Of a DNA stretch of 64,000 bases, positions 50,225 through 62,220 are shown piece after piece. Numbering within the stretch: the stretch's first letter is position 1; each line of letters starts with the position of its first letter. The stretch is from Macrostomum lignano (taxonomy: Eukaryota): assembly GCA_002269645.1 (NCBI GenBank), contig NIVC01002793.1:1-64000 (forward strand), given 5' to 3'. Below the pieces are notes generated by a model. That model was not told the DNA's origin, made no database searches, and saw only the letters and a program-made list of their open reading frames with translations. The position numbers and the translations under genes were made by a program.

Positions 50225-50858
50225 ATTCTTTTGGTTGGGGACGCTGTTTCTTGGTTGGGGACGCTGTCACTTGGTTGGGGACACTGTCTCTTGGTTGGGG
50301 ACGCTTTCATTTGATTAGGGACGCTGTCTCTTGGTTGGGGACGCTGTCACTTGGTTAGGGACGCTGTCTCTTGGTTGGGGACGCTTTCAGTTGATTAGGG
50401 ACGCTGTTTCTTGGTTAGGGACGCTGTCACTTGGTTAGGGACGCTGTTTCTTGGTTGGGGACGCTTTCACTTGATTAGGGACGCTGTTTTTTGGTTAGGG
50501 ACGCTGTCACTTGGTTAAGAACGCTGTCTCTTGGTTGGGGACGCTTTCACTTGATTAGGGACGCTGTTTTTTGGTTAGGGACGCTGTCACTTGGTTAAGA
50601 ACGCTGTCTCTTGGTTGGGGACGCTTTCACTTGATTAGGGACGCTGTTTCTTGGTTAGGGACGCTGTCTATTAGTTGGGGACGCTGTCTGTTGGTTAGGG
50701 ACGCTGTCTCTTATTTCCGAGGACGCGGTCTCTTGGTTAGGGATGCTTTCTCTTGGTTGGGGACAGTGTCTCTTGGTTGGGGACAGTGTCTGTTGGTTGG
50801 GGATGCTGTCTCTTGGTTGGGGACAGTGTCTCTTGGTTGGGGACACTGTTTCTTGGTT
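50225..50858. repeat. 20-bp minisatellite (~30 copies)
   Basis: Unit TTGGTT(G/A)GGGACGCTGT(C/T)TC with variants. Confidence 0.95.
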
Positions 50859-51339
50859 TTCTTGGGGTCCTGGGGGCAACAACCCCGGCCATCGCCGCCA
50901 CACTAGCATGATACACAGGGTAGGTCTCCTGCAGTCCCAGTCCTTGTCTAAATTCCCCCTGACTAAATTCCCCCTGATTTATTTTTGAGTTCTAGGACTG
51001 TATTGTGCTCGCGTTCTGTGGCCATTTGATTTGCAATGTAAATTTTCCTCATTTAAAAGAGCTTGTGCTGGATAATCCAGGCCACAGTTGACACACTTGA
51101 AGCCCGTGTCATTCGGGCAGTCGTTGGAAAAGTGATTGCCTGCAAAAAGTTCAACCTCATTCCTGTGAAAAATTTATGAGAAGTTTAGTTGCCTGCGAAG
51201 CATACTTGAAAATAAATGAATTATAAATAAAGACCAATGCGCGTACAGACAAGACCACTATACGTTTGACAACATTTTACGCGTCACAGACGATGTTCTG
51301 AAGATGCTCCAACTTAAGAACTACACCATTGGCGTCTTC

Positions 51340-51800
51340 CTGACGTCAAGGGTGCCTTTGACGGAGTCTGACATAATTATCTTAGGCGATTCCTTGAATG
51401 CGATATTCCTTAAGCCAGCAGCTGGCGTCTCTCAGGGCGGCGTGCTGTCCCCCTCCTCTTCATTATCTACGTCAGCTCGATTCCAAGGCCTCTGGACAAT
51501 AGGGTCAAATTTAGCCATATCTCAGACGATCTTGCTGTCTGGGCTTTGGCCAGAAAGTCCCGTATGTCTGCCAAAAGACTCAATGGGTACTTCATAATTT
51601 TGAATAAATGGCTGGGCATCTCCAACCCGACCAACGGAAAGGCAGTCTCTTTCTTCAAACACAAAGGTGATCGCATTGCAGGCCCTGAAAAGCCTTCGCT
51701 CAAATTAGGCAAGGATGACATCCAGTACTGTGACTCTGCAACCTTCCTGGGTGTCACTCTCGACAAGGAGCCAAATTTAAAGCAACACTTCTCCGGGCTG
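51340..51800 (+). mobile_element. Degraded non-LTR RT fragment (domains 4-7; Jockey/I-like)
   Basis: AGVSQGGVLSP / LLFIIYVSSIP...SDDLAVW...ATFLGVTLDK across a frameshift. Confidence 0.7.
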
Positions 51801-52059
51801 GCATCACCATTGCCAAACTCAACACATTGAGAAGGATTTCCGCAATACCAGGATTTCCCAACTTGCTCGTAGGCTCATCCACAGGTCATACATTGAATTC
51901 GCAGGTCATTACATAGAATGATCTACATGCCGAATAATTAATTATGTAAATAATCAATATAATAACAATAAATATCTGCACTAATTCTATAACTGCATCT
52001 ACTAATGTGTTCACTAACCTGCTACTACAATAATAATGGTGAGCCAACGTTAGCTATTT

Positions 52060-53300
52060 ACTCTTTGTAACAAGCAGCTCGTCCATGACTAAATTCCAGA
52101 GGATCGGGCTGAGTACTCCACCTCCGCCTTTCTAGACTTACACAGAGCGCGAGTGTCCCAGGAGGTGGCAGTACGATGGGAGACCATGTACATGATCCAG
52201 CGAGTGAGGTGCTCGTGCGTGCGCCGGGATTCCAGGGCCCGCTTAAAGGCTTCAAAGAGCACATTATTAAAAGCACCACCATCAATGTCGAGGAAAAGCG
52301 ACAGCGCGTATCCACTGCCAAGTACGGCGCGCCCCAGCTTGTCGACAATTGCGTGCAGCGCACTTTCGATGGAGCGTCCAGGACGAAAGGCGTGCTGATT
52401 AGGGGAGAGCGGGGAGTTCCTCAGCTCTACGAGGAGAAGGCGCCAGAGCACCAGCCGTTCCATCAGTTTGAGGAAGAAAGACGTCAGACTGATAGGGCGG
52501 TAAGCTTTAGCAGAGTGATAGTCTCCCTTCCCTGGCTTGGATATGAAGACTACCGTAGCCTCTTGCCAGGCTTTTGGCACGTACCCGAGGGTAATGCTGG
52601 CCTTGAAGAGGTTGCAGAGGGGGCCGAGAAACCTGTCATTTTTAACTGCCTCATGAAGGAAGGCAGGATAAATGTTGTCAGGACCCGGAGACTTGAAAGG
52701 AGAGAAGGATTTTGCGGCGCGAGCCGTCCTTTCTCTAGTGATGATGGTCGAAGCCAGGATCTGTCCGCCCGGAGAGTGGTCCGGTGGGCCTAGCTGCGGT
52801 GCGGCACGTGGGAAAGAGCTGGTGAGCATAATGTCCAGCGATTCCCCAGGGTTCTCAGCGAGCCGGCCGTCCGGTCTTTTAATGACTGAGAGCTTTGACA
52901 TTTTGTCGAGGGTGAGAGCCTTAACTACGCGCGAAGTAGGGCGGGTGCCTTCTAACTCCGCGCAGTATTGGCGCCATTTGTCGGACTTGGCTTTCCTGGC
53001 TTCACGCTTAAAGTCGCGGATCGCTTCTTGGTAGGCGGCCAGGTCAGCTGGGTCCTTGCTCTTGCGAGCTTTCCGTTGGAGGCACTTTGCCTTGCGCCGG
53101 AGGGATCCAAGCGCCGGGTGCCACCAGGGGGCCAGAGGTACCTGATACGTACAGGTTCACTACCGGGCGAAGCCCGTACCCAACTTGGCCAACAGGCCAC
53201 GGATGGGTTGCCGCCGCCGGAGCCCAGTCAGTCCAGCAGCCCTAGAGCTGCCTTGAACACATGCGGGGCGTGAATCCCTGGGTCGGCTTGTGAGTCAGTA
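52060..53300 (-). mobile_element. LOA/R1-like copy E3: 5' UTR fused to the ORF2 linker and RT N-terminal half, 3'-truncated
   Basis: 53300-53150 aligns with the E1 5' UTR; then APWWHPALGSLRRKA, KSPGPDNIYP, YRPISLTSF, NQHAFRPGRS, GGVLSPILWNLVMDELL. Confidence 0.88.
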
Positions 53301-53343
53301 GAATGCATGAGGGGGCTTCTGGGACAAAATTTTTCACCTCCTC

Positions 53344-53552
53344 CATAATCCACCTAAATCCATCTATATTATCCCCGACAGAATCAGAAAAAAAGGGGGG
53401 TCGCACTCGCTCACAAAACGTCCTCCATAATCCCATTAAATCCATCCATATTATCCCTGACAGAATCATGAAAAAGTGGAGGGGTCGCACTTGCTCCGAA
53501 AACTTCGAACATAATCGTATTAAATCCATCCATATTATCCCTGACAGAACCA
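53344..53552. repeat. Three ~88-bp imperfect tandem repeats, possibly within the Polinton terminal inverted repeat
   Basis: CATAATC....TAAATCCATC.ATATTATCCC.GACAGAA x3 near the left edge of the element; partner TIR not visible. Confidence 0.65.
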
Positions 53553-53762
53553 GTGCATAACAGATGTCCACTAACACCTGTTATGTTCATTGACACAGAC
53601 ATAATCCACCAACATCCACCCATAACATTTCTAAAACAATCAGAAAATAATCTGCATTCTTCTCCCCACATTCAATTTGCAACGCGAAACCACATCCCTA
53701 AGACTTTAAATCATCAGCGCAGGGTCCTTACCCATTGAAAAAAATCTAATTTTTCTCTAAAA

Positions 53763-53999
53763 ATGTTTCCAGTTGTCTCTCCAGGTTCTTATTACAAAAC
53801 GCACGAGCCTAATTACAAGAGTAAGTACCGATGCAAACTTGAATGCAGCGAATACATGAGAAAATATTGGCCCGACGTTCAAATCAATGTCCCTAATATT
53901 AATCTAGCTCTCCAAAGACATTGGTTTCATAAGTATGGAGTAGTCATTAACGATTACGACAGCTACTATAACTTTGCAGAAATCATTAGGCAATTGTAG
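53763..53999 (+). CDS. Small hypothetical protein (78 aa), Polinton accessory
   Basis: ATG-started, aromatic-rich ORF preceded by an A-run like other genes of the element; no recognisable domain. Confidence 0.4.
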   Translation: MFPVVSPGSYYKTHEPNYKSKYRCKLECSEYMRKYWPDVQINVPNINLALQRHWFHKYGVVINDYDSYYNFAEIIRQL

Positions 54000-54210
54000 T
54001 TGCCAACTACGAGGTTGTACCTTGTAGAGTGTGGACGTAAGTTCTAAAAATAAAACCCATGCCATGTGTTCCACACATGCTTTCCAATCTCTTTCCGCTT
54101 TGGCAACCCCAATCAACCATTAATAGAAAATCATACCTATAAATAGAAAATCTGCAGGTTCCCCTTCTAGAATTCGAATTCTAGAATATTCTAGAACAAA
54201 AAGAGAATCC

Positions 54211-55205
54211 ATGGATTCCCGAGCCCACACCAATGGTATATATACAGCCGATTCACACCGCCCCTCGCCCCACCTGCTCCGCCCGACTCGCCCTGCCTCG
54301 CCTAGCCTCACCTTGCTCTCTTCTGTCATGAATTCGAAGGTGAAACAGCAGCCGACAAAAATTATCGATACAATTAAAAGTATCAGTAGCAAAGACATCG
54401 CAAGCACGGCTGTCGCGATTGCCGCCATTAACGAAGAGGAGCAGGCCTCACTGTTTGAATGCTTGCAAAAAATCGATCGTGAATCGTTGAAAAAAGAGAA
54501 ATCCGACGAGGCCAAGCGCTCCAGTAATGACAAGGAGCGCCGAGAAGCACGCTTCATAGCGCGTCTAAAAGAGAGTCTCAAAAAAATTAAAAATGAGCAG
54601 ATTGACATCAAGACGCGGTAAGTTTTTTTGCTTATTCTATTATTTGCAATCCTTGACTTGGTTAAAACGTGATTTAAATTACTTAAGGCTTTTATGATTT
54701 CTTGAAAGCGAAACATATTTTACATTATGATTCCATGTTATTGCTTTTTTTTAGTTTCTACAACGCTAAAGCGTTATGCTTGGCCGATGTTCAAACGGAT
54801 GTGGACGGAATGTTGACGCAGTTCGCCAGTTTAGAGTCCTTCATTGGGGACTTGGAGGTGCTCACCTGTCTGGCGAGAAAAAAGCAGGCGGAGATCCTCG
54901 CGTCTATTAAGACCCAAGGTCTCTCAACAGAAGGAGCCGCCAAGCGACTGGACATCGACCCCAAGTTCGCCGAACGATTGTACACCTTCCATGGGTTCAT
55001 CACGAAGTACCCGAATTTAGTCTTCTCCGGGTACTCGTTCGAGTCGCTGCTCACATACAAAAGAGCGATCGAGAAAGAGGCGGAGCAGGACGACAACTTC
55101 TGCTGCAAGTTGGAGACCGATATTACCATCGTGTTTCAAGGAGAGGACGAGGACGCCTTGCTGGAGGAGACTACGATGGAGTTGGAGACTGCATCAGTCG
55201 ACTAA
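54211..55205 (+). CDS. Spliced hypothetical protein in the Polinton (exons 54211-54617, 54755-55205)
   Basis: ACG CG|gtaagt ... tttttttag|T TTC TAC joins two ORFs in frame (…IDIKTR-FYNAKALC…); 137-nt intron with a T-rich acceptor. Confidence 0.6.
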
Positions 55206-55274
55206 GCCAAGGATGAATAAACTAAGCAAATTGTAACGTAAAAAATTTCATCCTGTTATTTTACCTTGAAAACT

Positions 55275-55585
55275 AGTTTACATTGATAAAATCCTGAAAA
55301 AAAATCCTGGAAAAAAATCCTGGAGATCCAGGAAAGTGTTTAGAAGACTACTATGAGTAGCTTACATTGATAAAATCCTGGAAAAAAATCCTGGAAAAAA
55401 ATCCTGGAGATCCAGGAAAGTGTTTAGAAGACTACTATGAGTGGCTTACATTGATAAAATCTTGGAAAAAAATCCTGGAGATCCAGGAAAGTGTTAGAAG
55501 ACTACTATGAGTAGCCCACATTGATAAAATCCTGGAAAAAATCCTGGAAAAAAATCCTGGAGATCCAGGAAAGTGTTTAGAATTT
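55275..55585. repeat. ~75-85-bp tandem repeat (4 copies) with internal AAAAATCCTGG subunits
   Basis: TACATTGATAAAATCCTGG(AAAAAAATCCTGG)nAGATCCAGGAAAGTGTTTAGAAGACTACTATGAGTAG. Confidence 0.9.
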
Positions 55586-55782
55586 TTTCGAAGCTAAGCC
55601 TACTCATAGTAGTTTTCAATGCAATAATAACTGAATGAATTAACTAAGCAAATTATTATATGTAACTTTGAACAACTTTGTATTAATGTTTTTTGCTTAT
55701 AAACATAAAATAAAATATTTAACCAAGCTCTTCACTTATTAAAATTTAATATCGATGAGTCTTTTTTTAAATCCTTCCCGAC

Positions 55783-56283
55783 TCAAGCGTCTCTCTCTAC
55801 CCCCATATCTTTCAAAAGTCTTCCCATTTGTTTGTTAGGAGCGCACAAAATAAACCCCGCTCCTGAGCCTCCGCCCTCTCTCCTCGTGCACCAGCCCTCT
55901 CTCCCTGTGCACCCGCCCTCGCCTTCAACCCCGAACCCCAACTTTGTTTTACTAAAAATAACAGCTTTAACTAGCTTCCGAGCGATCGACTCACGAAATC
56001 CGCTTGAAGCCCCTATATTGTCTAGTCTCTTAAGCATTTCTTTGTCCCAGCGATTCTTCTCCTCAGGAAAATCTCTATATTTAACATCGTGCCACATGCA
56101 GACAGAGTCTAGCTCGTTCACAGGCTCATGCCCAGGATTTGGATTATCGTTTGTATCTAACTGTATTTCAAGTGGATTCAAAGGCCCGCAATATTTATAG
56201 CCGGGAAGTGTCCAGCCTTTGTTTGGATGAGGAAGCTTTTCTATCAGTCCATGTGAATCTAACTTACCACCAGAGTGTTGCAT
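55783..56283 (-). CDS. Parvovirus-type phospholipase A2 domain protein
   Basis: LPGYKYCGPLNPL (Ca-loop-like) ... PVNELDSVCMWHDVKY (catalytic HDxxY). Confidence 0.85.
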   Translation of the reverse strand: MQHSGGKLDSHGLIEKLPHPNKGWTLPGYKYCGPLNPLEIQLDTNDNPNPGHEPVNELDSVCMWHDVKYRDFPEEKNRWDKEMLKRLDNIGASSGFRESIARKLVKAVIFSKTKLGFGVEGEGGCTGREGWCTRREGGGSGAGFILCAPNKQMGRLLKDMGVERDA

Positions 56284-56312
56284 ATTTTTATTTTAAATTT
56301 TATTTAAAAAAA

Positions 56313-57350
56313 ATGACAGATCAGAAACTTAAAAAACTCTACTACAGCGACAAAGGATTCTTTGTAGGAAAAAATGCAGTCACCAAACTCGCAGAACTAA
56401 GCAAGGAACCAAAAGCTAGAGTAGAAAAGTGGCTCTCTAAGCAGGCTGTCTTTCAAGTCTATTTCCCACCAGTAAAATTTACAAGACCTCGCTTTAGCAT
56501 CTATAAACCTAATGAAGCGCACCAAGCAGATCTTTTGTTTCTCCCCAATGACTCGGGCTACAAGTATGCTCTCACAATTACAGACGTTGCTTCCAGATAT
56601 AAGGAAGCTCGCCCACTCAAGACGAAGAAGTCAGAGGTTGTTGCCAGCGCACTGCAAGATATTTATAAAAACTCACCCCTTAGTTACCCTGAAATGTTCA
56701 TGACCGACCCGGGTAAGGAATTCATGGGTGCAGTGAAATCCCTTATGGAAAAGCACAATACAGAGATTCGCTATGGCAGAACAAACTTGCACAGAGACCA
56801 AGCGTACGTTGAGAGATTCAATCTAACTCTAGCCAAGAGGCTATTCACTAAGCAGACAGCTGAGGAGCTGAAACTAAAAAGTGGTCAGTACTATTCAAAA
56901 TGGACAGACCGGCTCCCCACTGTTATAGAGCAACTGAACAATGAAGTCACACGTATGACTGGATTGAAACCGTCCCATGCAATTAAACAAGACACTGTCG
57001 AACTTAAGTCATCTCATAAAACAGACAACAACACGACAACCCCACACAACACACACAACACAAAACACACCTCGAACTACCCTAAGCTTCCAGGAGTTGA
57101 ATCACCATACATACTGACAAACTCTGAGTTTCTACGCTTTTTATATCTACCTGGAGAGCTAGAGAAAGACACCAAAAGAAGAGCTACAGATCCATACTTC
57201 AGCCTTGATGTACATAAAATAGACAGACATTTTACCTCCGACTCCAGTGACTATTACTTTTTATCTCAGGCCTTTAACCCTAAATCCCCCACACGGTCAT
57301 TCACTAGAGCTGAACTCCTAGTGATACCAGCTGACACGGAAATTAATTAA
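56313..57350 (+). CDS. Retroviral-like (rve) integrase of the Polinton, intact ORF
   Basis: HQADLLFL (D), ITDVASRY, MTDPGKEF (D), VERFNLTL (E), LNNEVTRMTGLKP. Confidence 0.93.
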   Translation: MTDQKLKKLYYSDKGFFVGKNAVTKLAELSKEPKARVEKWLSKQAVFQVYFPPVKFTRPRFSIYKPNEAHQADLLFLPNDSGYKYALTITDVASRYKEARPLKTKKSEVVASALQDIYKNSPLSYPEMFMTDPGKEFMGAVKSLMEKHNTEIRYGRTNLHRDQAYVERFNLTLAKRLFTKQTAEELKLKSGQYYSKWTDRLPTVIEQLNNEVTRMTGLKPSHAIKQDTVELKSSHKTDNNTTTPHNTHNTKHTSNYPKLPGVESPYILTNSEFLRFLYLPGELEKDTKRRATDPYFSLDVHKIDRHFTSDSSDYYFLSQAFNPKSPTRSFTRAELLVIPADTEIN

Positions 57351-57366
57351 AATATTAAAATAAAAA

Positions 57367-57720
57367 ATGACAAAGATTGAAACCAGAACCATCAATAAAC
57401 TCAATAAAATCATTGAATCAAAGAAACCAGGTCTTATTTCAATTAAAGGTATCAAAGTTAAGGTTGATCCCACACAGCAAATAGTTGAGTGTAATGAGCA
57501 AAGACACAGTATCACAGATGAAAAGTCAGGAGGAATCCTACCATTAGCAGCTCTTATTCCGATCATTGCAGGCGCTGTAAGTGCCGCAGGTGGTGTAGCT
57601 GGAGGTGTAGCAACTGCTGTTAAAGCTGGGAATGATAGAGCCCACCAGCTAGAATTGCAAAAGATTGCAAGAGACAAAGGTATAACAATTAAGGCAGGAG
57701 ATGGTTGCCCTGATTCGTGA
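57367..57720 (+). CDS. Adenovirus pX/core-like small virion protein
   Basis: GGILPLAALIPIIAGAVSAAGGVAGGVA resembles the adenoviral pX hydrophobic motif (GGxLPxLIPIIAAAI); basic N-terminus. Confidence 0.6.
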   Translation: MTKIETRTINKLNKIIESKKPGLISIKGIKVKVDPTQQIVECNEQRHSITDEKSGGILPLAALIPIIAGAVSAAGGVAGGVATAVKAGNDRAHQLELQKIARDKGITIKAGDGCPDS

Positions 57721-57937
57721 TGATTGTGAGCATGAAAATTCTGTAAGCAAGTCTGACATTGTCAAAGCCATCATGACACTGCACAATGCTGGGTTTACAA
57801 TAATGCGCATGTGATGAGGTTTAAAACCCCACTTTATCCAGCTTCATAAACCTAACGCTACTTATAGGATGTAGAAACAGTTCAACTTTTCTATCAGGGT
57901 GGTCACCCTCAAAATTTTTTTTATTTTAGAGAAAAAA

Positions 57938-60900
57938 ATGCCAAAAGCTAATCCAGCAAAAGATTTAGTCAACAAATATTTTTCAAAAGGCGTCTCATTT
58001 CAAGACAAAAGTAATTTACTAAGAGAAGCATGCAAACAAAAGTTTAACACCGACCCTGGTCACCTGGGAAGCTATGAAAAACAGTTGGAAATCATCAATC
58101 AATTAGAATCCAACCAGTATGCGCCTATAAAAAATCTGCAAAGGAACACCAAGAGAGGAGTCGCAACTTAGTTAACAAATACGAAACTCTCACTGGTGAA
58201 AAAGCAAAGTACCCACAAAATAAGCAGGAACAAGAGAAATTAGAGCAATTAATCCATTTAAAAGAGTCGGAGCTTGCCATTGAAGAGATTAATTTTGCAC
58301 AGAGGAAGTTTACAGAACATTACATAGAGTACACAATCCCAATTAAGGATACCACCGCAAACATCTACGACTATAAAGACAGCATCCAATCAGTTGTTGA
58401 TCACACACTCAAAACACGCAAGACCTTTAAACTACAGATATCATTCAAGATTGCGTTTTATATGCCTGCAAAACCCACTGAGCATCTCGAGTATTACATG
58501 ACAACAAAGGCGAAGCCATTCACCCCTACTGACACACTGGATCCTTTCCTTCAAGATGTCACTAAGAAAATTGAAGCGTTTACATCCAGAGGTTCCGGAT
58601 GGGTCGTGGGAGGGATTCAAAGAGCGACTGTCATGGTCATGAAATATGACCCACTTAAAGCCTCCTCTTATATAGAGCTCCCGCATAAGCTAGCCGGCAA
58701 AAAAGCTTGCATAAATGTTAAAAATAAAGACAATTGCTGTGCTCTATGGGCAGTTCTTTCTGCACTTCTTCATGATAGTGTCCCTCACCACCCCGAAAGA
58801 ACCTCAAATTATCAAAATTATTTCAACTACTATCTCATCGAATGCGAAAAGAAGGGAATCAGGTTTGACAAAGGAGGCTTGGCGATCTCTCAGATCCCAA
58901 AGCTAGAAGAAGTGTTTAATAACAAAATTAGAATCACAGTCTTTGAGTGGAGTGAAAAAACTGAGAAGTTCAACTGGTCAGATGTAGCAAAGACGTTTTA
59001 GATCCTGAGGGGAAAAGGCGGACTGAAGTGGATCTTCTAGTGATTGGTAATTTACTAGAGGAGGCTCACTATGTTTGGATTAAAGATCTTTCAAGACTCA
59101 TTCACAAGCAGTTGAATAATCATCACGAGGCTGTTGCCATCTGCCGCTTGTGCCTTAAGCATTACAGTGGACCTGAACGCTTTGAAAAACTAACAGAGCA
59201 TGAATTATCATGCGAGGATCACCCAACAAACTGCTCTCTTCCTTCAGCTGAAGAGAAGTATCTCCGGTTTAAGAACTATCACAAGATGGAGAAGCTCCCA
59301 TTTGTTGTATATGCTGATTTCGAATGCTCAATCATGCCAGAAACTCAAAAACATGTCCCCAATTCAGTAGCATATGCCTTTATTAATACAAAAGGACTTG
59401 TTGAGTATAATTATTTCTTTGGAGAGCAGTGTGTGGAGCAGTTTATTGCCAGAATGTTAGAGTTGCAAAGAGTGATTAGCACCCTTCAACCTGTTCCAAT
59501 AATGATGACTGAGGAGGATGAAAGTAATTTCCTATCAGCAACTCATTGCCACATCTGCAGGAAACATTTAACTTGCACTAATATTAAAAACCCCACCGTT
59601 AGGGACCACTGCCACTTTACTGGGAAATTTAGAGGTGCAGCGCATAACACCTGTAATCTAAAGCTAAAATCGAACATTCATGATCTAACGATATTTTGTC
59701 ACAACGCAAAGAACTATGACATGCATTTAATAGTTGAAAAAATCGGCATGATTCCAGACATACACCTTGACTGCATCGCAGAGAACAAGGAGAAGTTTAA
59801 GTGTGTTGATATTAAACAGGATAATTCGGGTAAAGGTAAAATAAGACTGAAGGATTCATATCAATTTCTAGCTGCCAGTCTAGACGAACTAAGCAAGAAT
59901 CTAAAAGATGAACAATGTACATATACAAAGATGTTTGCAAGTAAAATTAACAACAGTGATGAATCATTTAAACTCCTGAGAACCAAAGGCTTCTACCCCT
60001 ATGAAAATATTACTGGGTATCACGTATTTGAAGAAGGTTTACCACCACAGGAGAAGTTCTTTTCAAAGCTAACAGACTCTGGAATCTCTGACAAAGACTA
60101 TGAGCACGCGAAGCATGTCTATAATTACTTTAATTGTCAAAACTTCTTCCAGTATCACCTGCTTTACCTCTACACAGATGTGTTTCTGCTGGCTGATGTG
60201 TTTGAAACCTTCAGATACACCTGGTACACAGCATATGGCCTCGATCCAGCACATTATGTGTCTCTGCCTGCCACTAGCTGGGAATCTTTGCTTAAAATGA
60301 AATGGGATCAAGATCCAGATTGGTACATTGAACTTCTTACAGACATTGACATGTACAATTTTGTCGAATCGTCAAAGCGAGGGGGATCTCAATTTGCAAC
60401 AGGTATGCAAAAGCAAACAATCCCTACATTGAATCTTACAATAAGGAGCAGCCCTCAAACTACATTACTTACTTGGACGCTAATAATCTCTACGGGTGGG
60501 CGATGAGTCAAGATCTTCCAGTTAGAGATTTTCGATGGCTACCCTCATCAGAATTCAAACGGGACTTTTCATTGGCTGCCATTTATGAGTTGATGTTTAC
60601 ATTCCACCAGAGCTTCACGACTATTTCTCTGACTTTCCACCCTTCCCAGAGAACATCAAGTGCCCGAAAATAATCGAAACTCCCAATGATAATAATGGAA
60701 CTTGGCACCTGTCAGGAACAGAAAAAGAACATACAGAGAAACTAACACAGAATCTAAACAACAAGACACGTTACAAAATCCATTACAAACTGCTTCAGTA
60801 TTTTATCTCACTTGGTTGCAGGGTCACCAAAGTTCACAGGGCTCTTACATTTACAGAGGAAGCGTGGATGAAACCCTACATTGATAAGAACACCCAGTTT

Positions 60901-61785
60901 AGGACCAAAGCAACCAACGACTTTGACAAGAACCTCTTTAAGTTGGCCAACAACTCTGTCTATGGCAAGACTCTTGAGAATGAGCGGAAAAGAACAAACC
61001 TGAAACTTGTTACCTCATCAGAGCCTGCTGTTATTCAGGCAAATATGTCAAAGCCAACATTCAAAGAACTCCATATCTTTAATAGCTACTTAGGTGTGAT
61101 CATATTTTACAAAACCAAGGTGACGCTGCGCAAGCCGATCTATACAGGTGTCACTGTTCTCGACGAATCAAAACGTCTGATGTACCAGTTCTTCTATGGC
61201 ATGAAGCAGCAGTACAAGGATAAAATGAAACTCTTGTACACTGACACAGACAGTTTTATTATGGACATTCAAACAGAAGACATTTATCAGGACATGCTGC
61301 AGCAAAAAGATTTGTTTGACTTGTCTGAGTATGATGAATCTTTCAGGACACAGAATGGCGATCAAGTGTTTGACGCCACTAACAAGAAAGTGATTGGGAA
61401 AATGAAGGACGAGATTGCTGGTGACATAATCACTGAATTCATTGGGTTGAGAGCAAAGTCCTATTTTGTAAAATGTGAGTCGTCAGACCCAATTAAAAAA
61501 TCAAAGGGAATTCCGAAACGTGTGGTTAGGAAGGAAATTAATGAAGCTGAATACAGAGACGCCTTGAATTGCAACAAAAAGACATCACATGAGTTCTCAA
61601 AGCTACAATCTAAAAACCATATTATTCACACAATTCAGCAAAAGAAGATTGGACTGTCAGGTGCAGATAACAAGAGATTCATTTTTGATGACAATATTAA
61701 CAGTCTACCGTTCGGGCACTGGAGATTAGGTTTAGGAGGTGGGTTAGATTCGGGTGGAGTTAGGAGATTAGGAGATTGGGTTTAG
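57938..61785 (+). pseudogene. Protein-primed family B DNA polymerase, interrupted by several 1-bp frameshifts
   Basis: GSGW, YIELP..L..KKACINVKN, YADFEC (ExoI), RDHCHFTGKFRGAAHNTCNL, HNAKNYD (ExoII), DANNLYGWAM, KLANNSVYGK, YTDTDS, KSKG, DNKR. Confidence 0.92.
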
Positions 61786-61818
61786 GTTTAAGAGAAAGTT
61801 TAATAAACCTCATAAAAA

Positions 61819-62217
61819 ATGACGACAAATAACTTTCTTGAAGATTTGGCTAACGAACTGGAAATCCCAAACTTTAGAGGAATATTTATGAGGGACACTC
61901 TGCCTGATTTTCCTCTAAGAAAGAATGCGGCATCATGAACTTTGACACCACCGATAAGCCAGGATCTCATTGGGTTTGCTGGGTGATTGATCCCGATCGC
62001 AAGCACAAGTGTTATTACTTCGATAGCTATGGGACGGCAGTACCAGAAGAGCTAAGAAATTATATGAAGGGAAAAAAATAAAAAAATTTATCGCTCAGAC
62101 TTTATTCTCCAAGGTCTTAGCAGTGATATTTGCGGTGAGCTGTGCATGACTGTTTTGTATGCAATGACCAAAACACGAAAGACCTACAAGGAAATTATTC
62201 TTGGCTGTGTTTCATAG
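61819..62217 (+). pseudogene. Adenain-like cysteine (maturation) protease, ~2 frameshifts
   Basis: Manual translation across frames: FRGIFMRDTLP / ECGIMNFD...GSHWVCW...YFDSYG / Q...SDICGELC (His-Asp-Cys). Confidence 0.85.
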
Positions 62218-62220
62218 GGT

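Noticed and set aside
53297-53310. AGTAG as the Polinton terminus
   Set aside because: It overlaps sequence alignable to the LINE 5' UTR, and neither the partner TIR nor a 6-bp TSD can be checked in this window.
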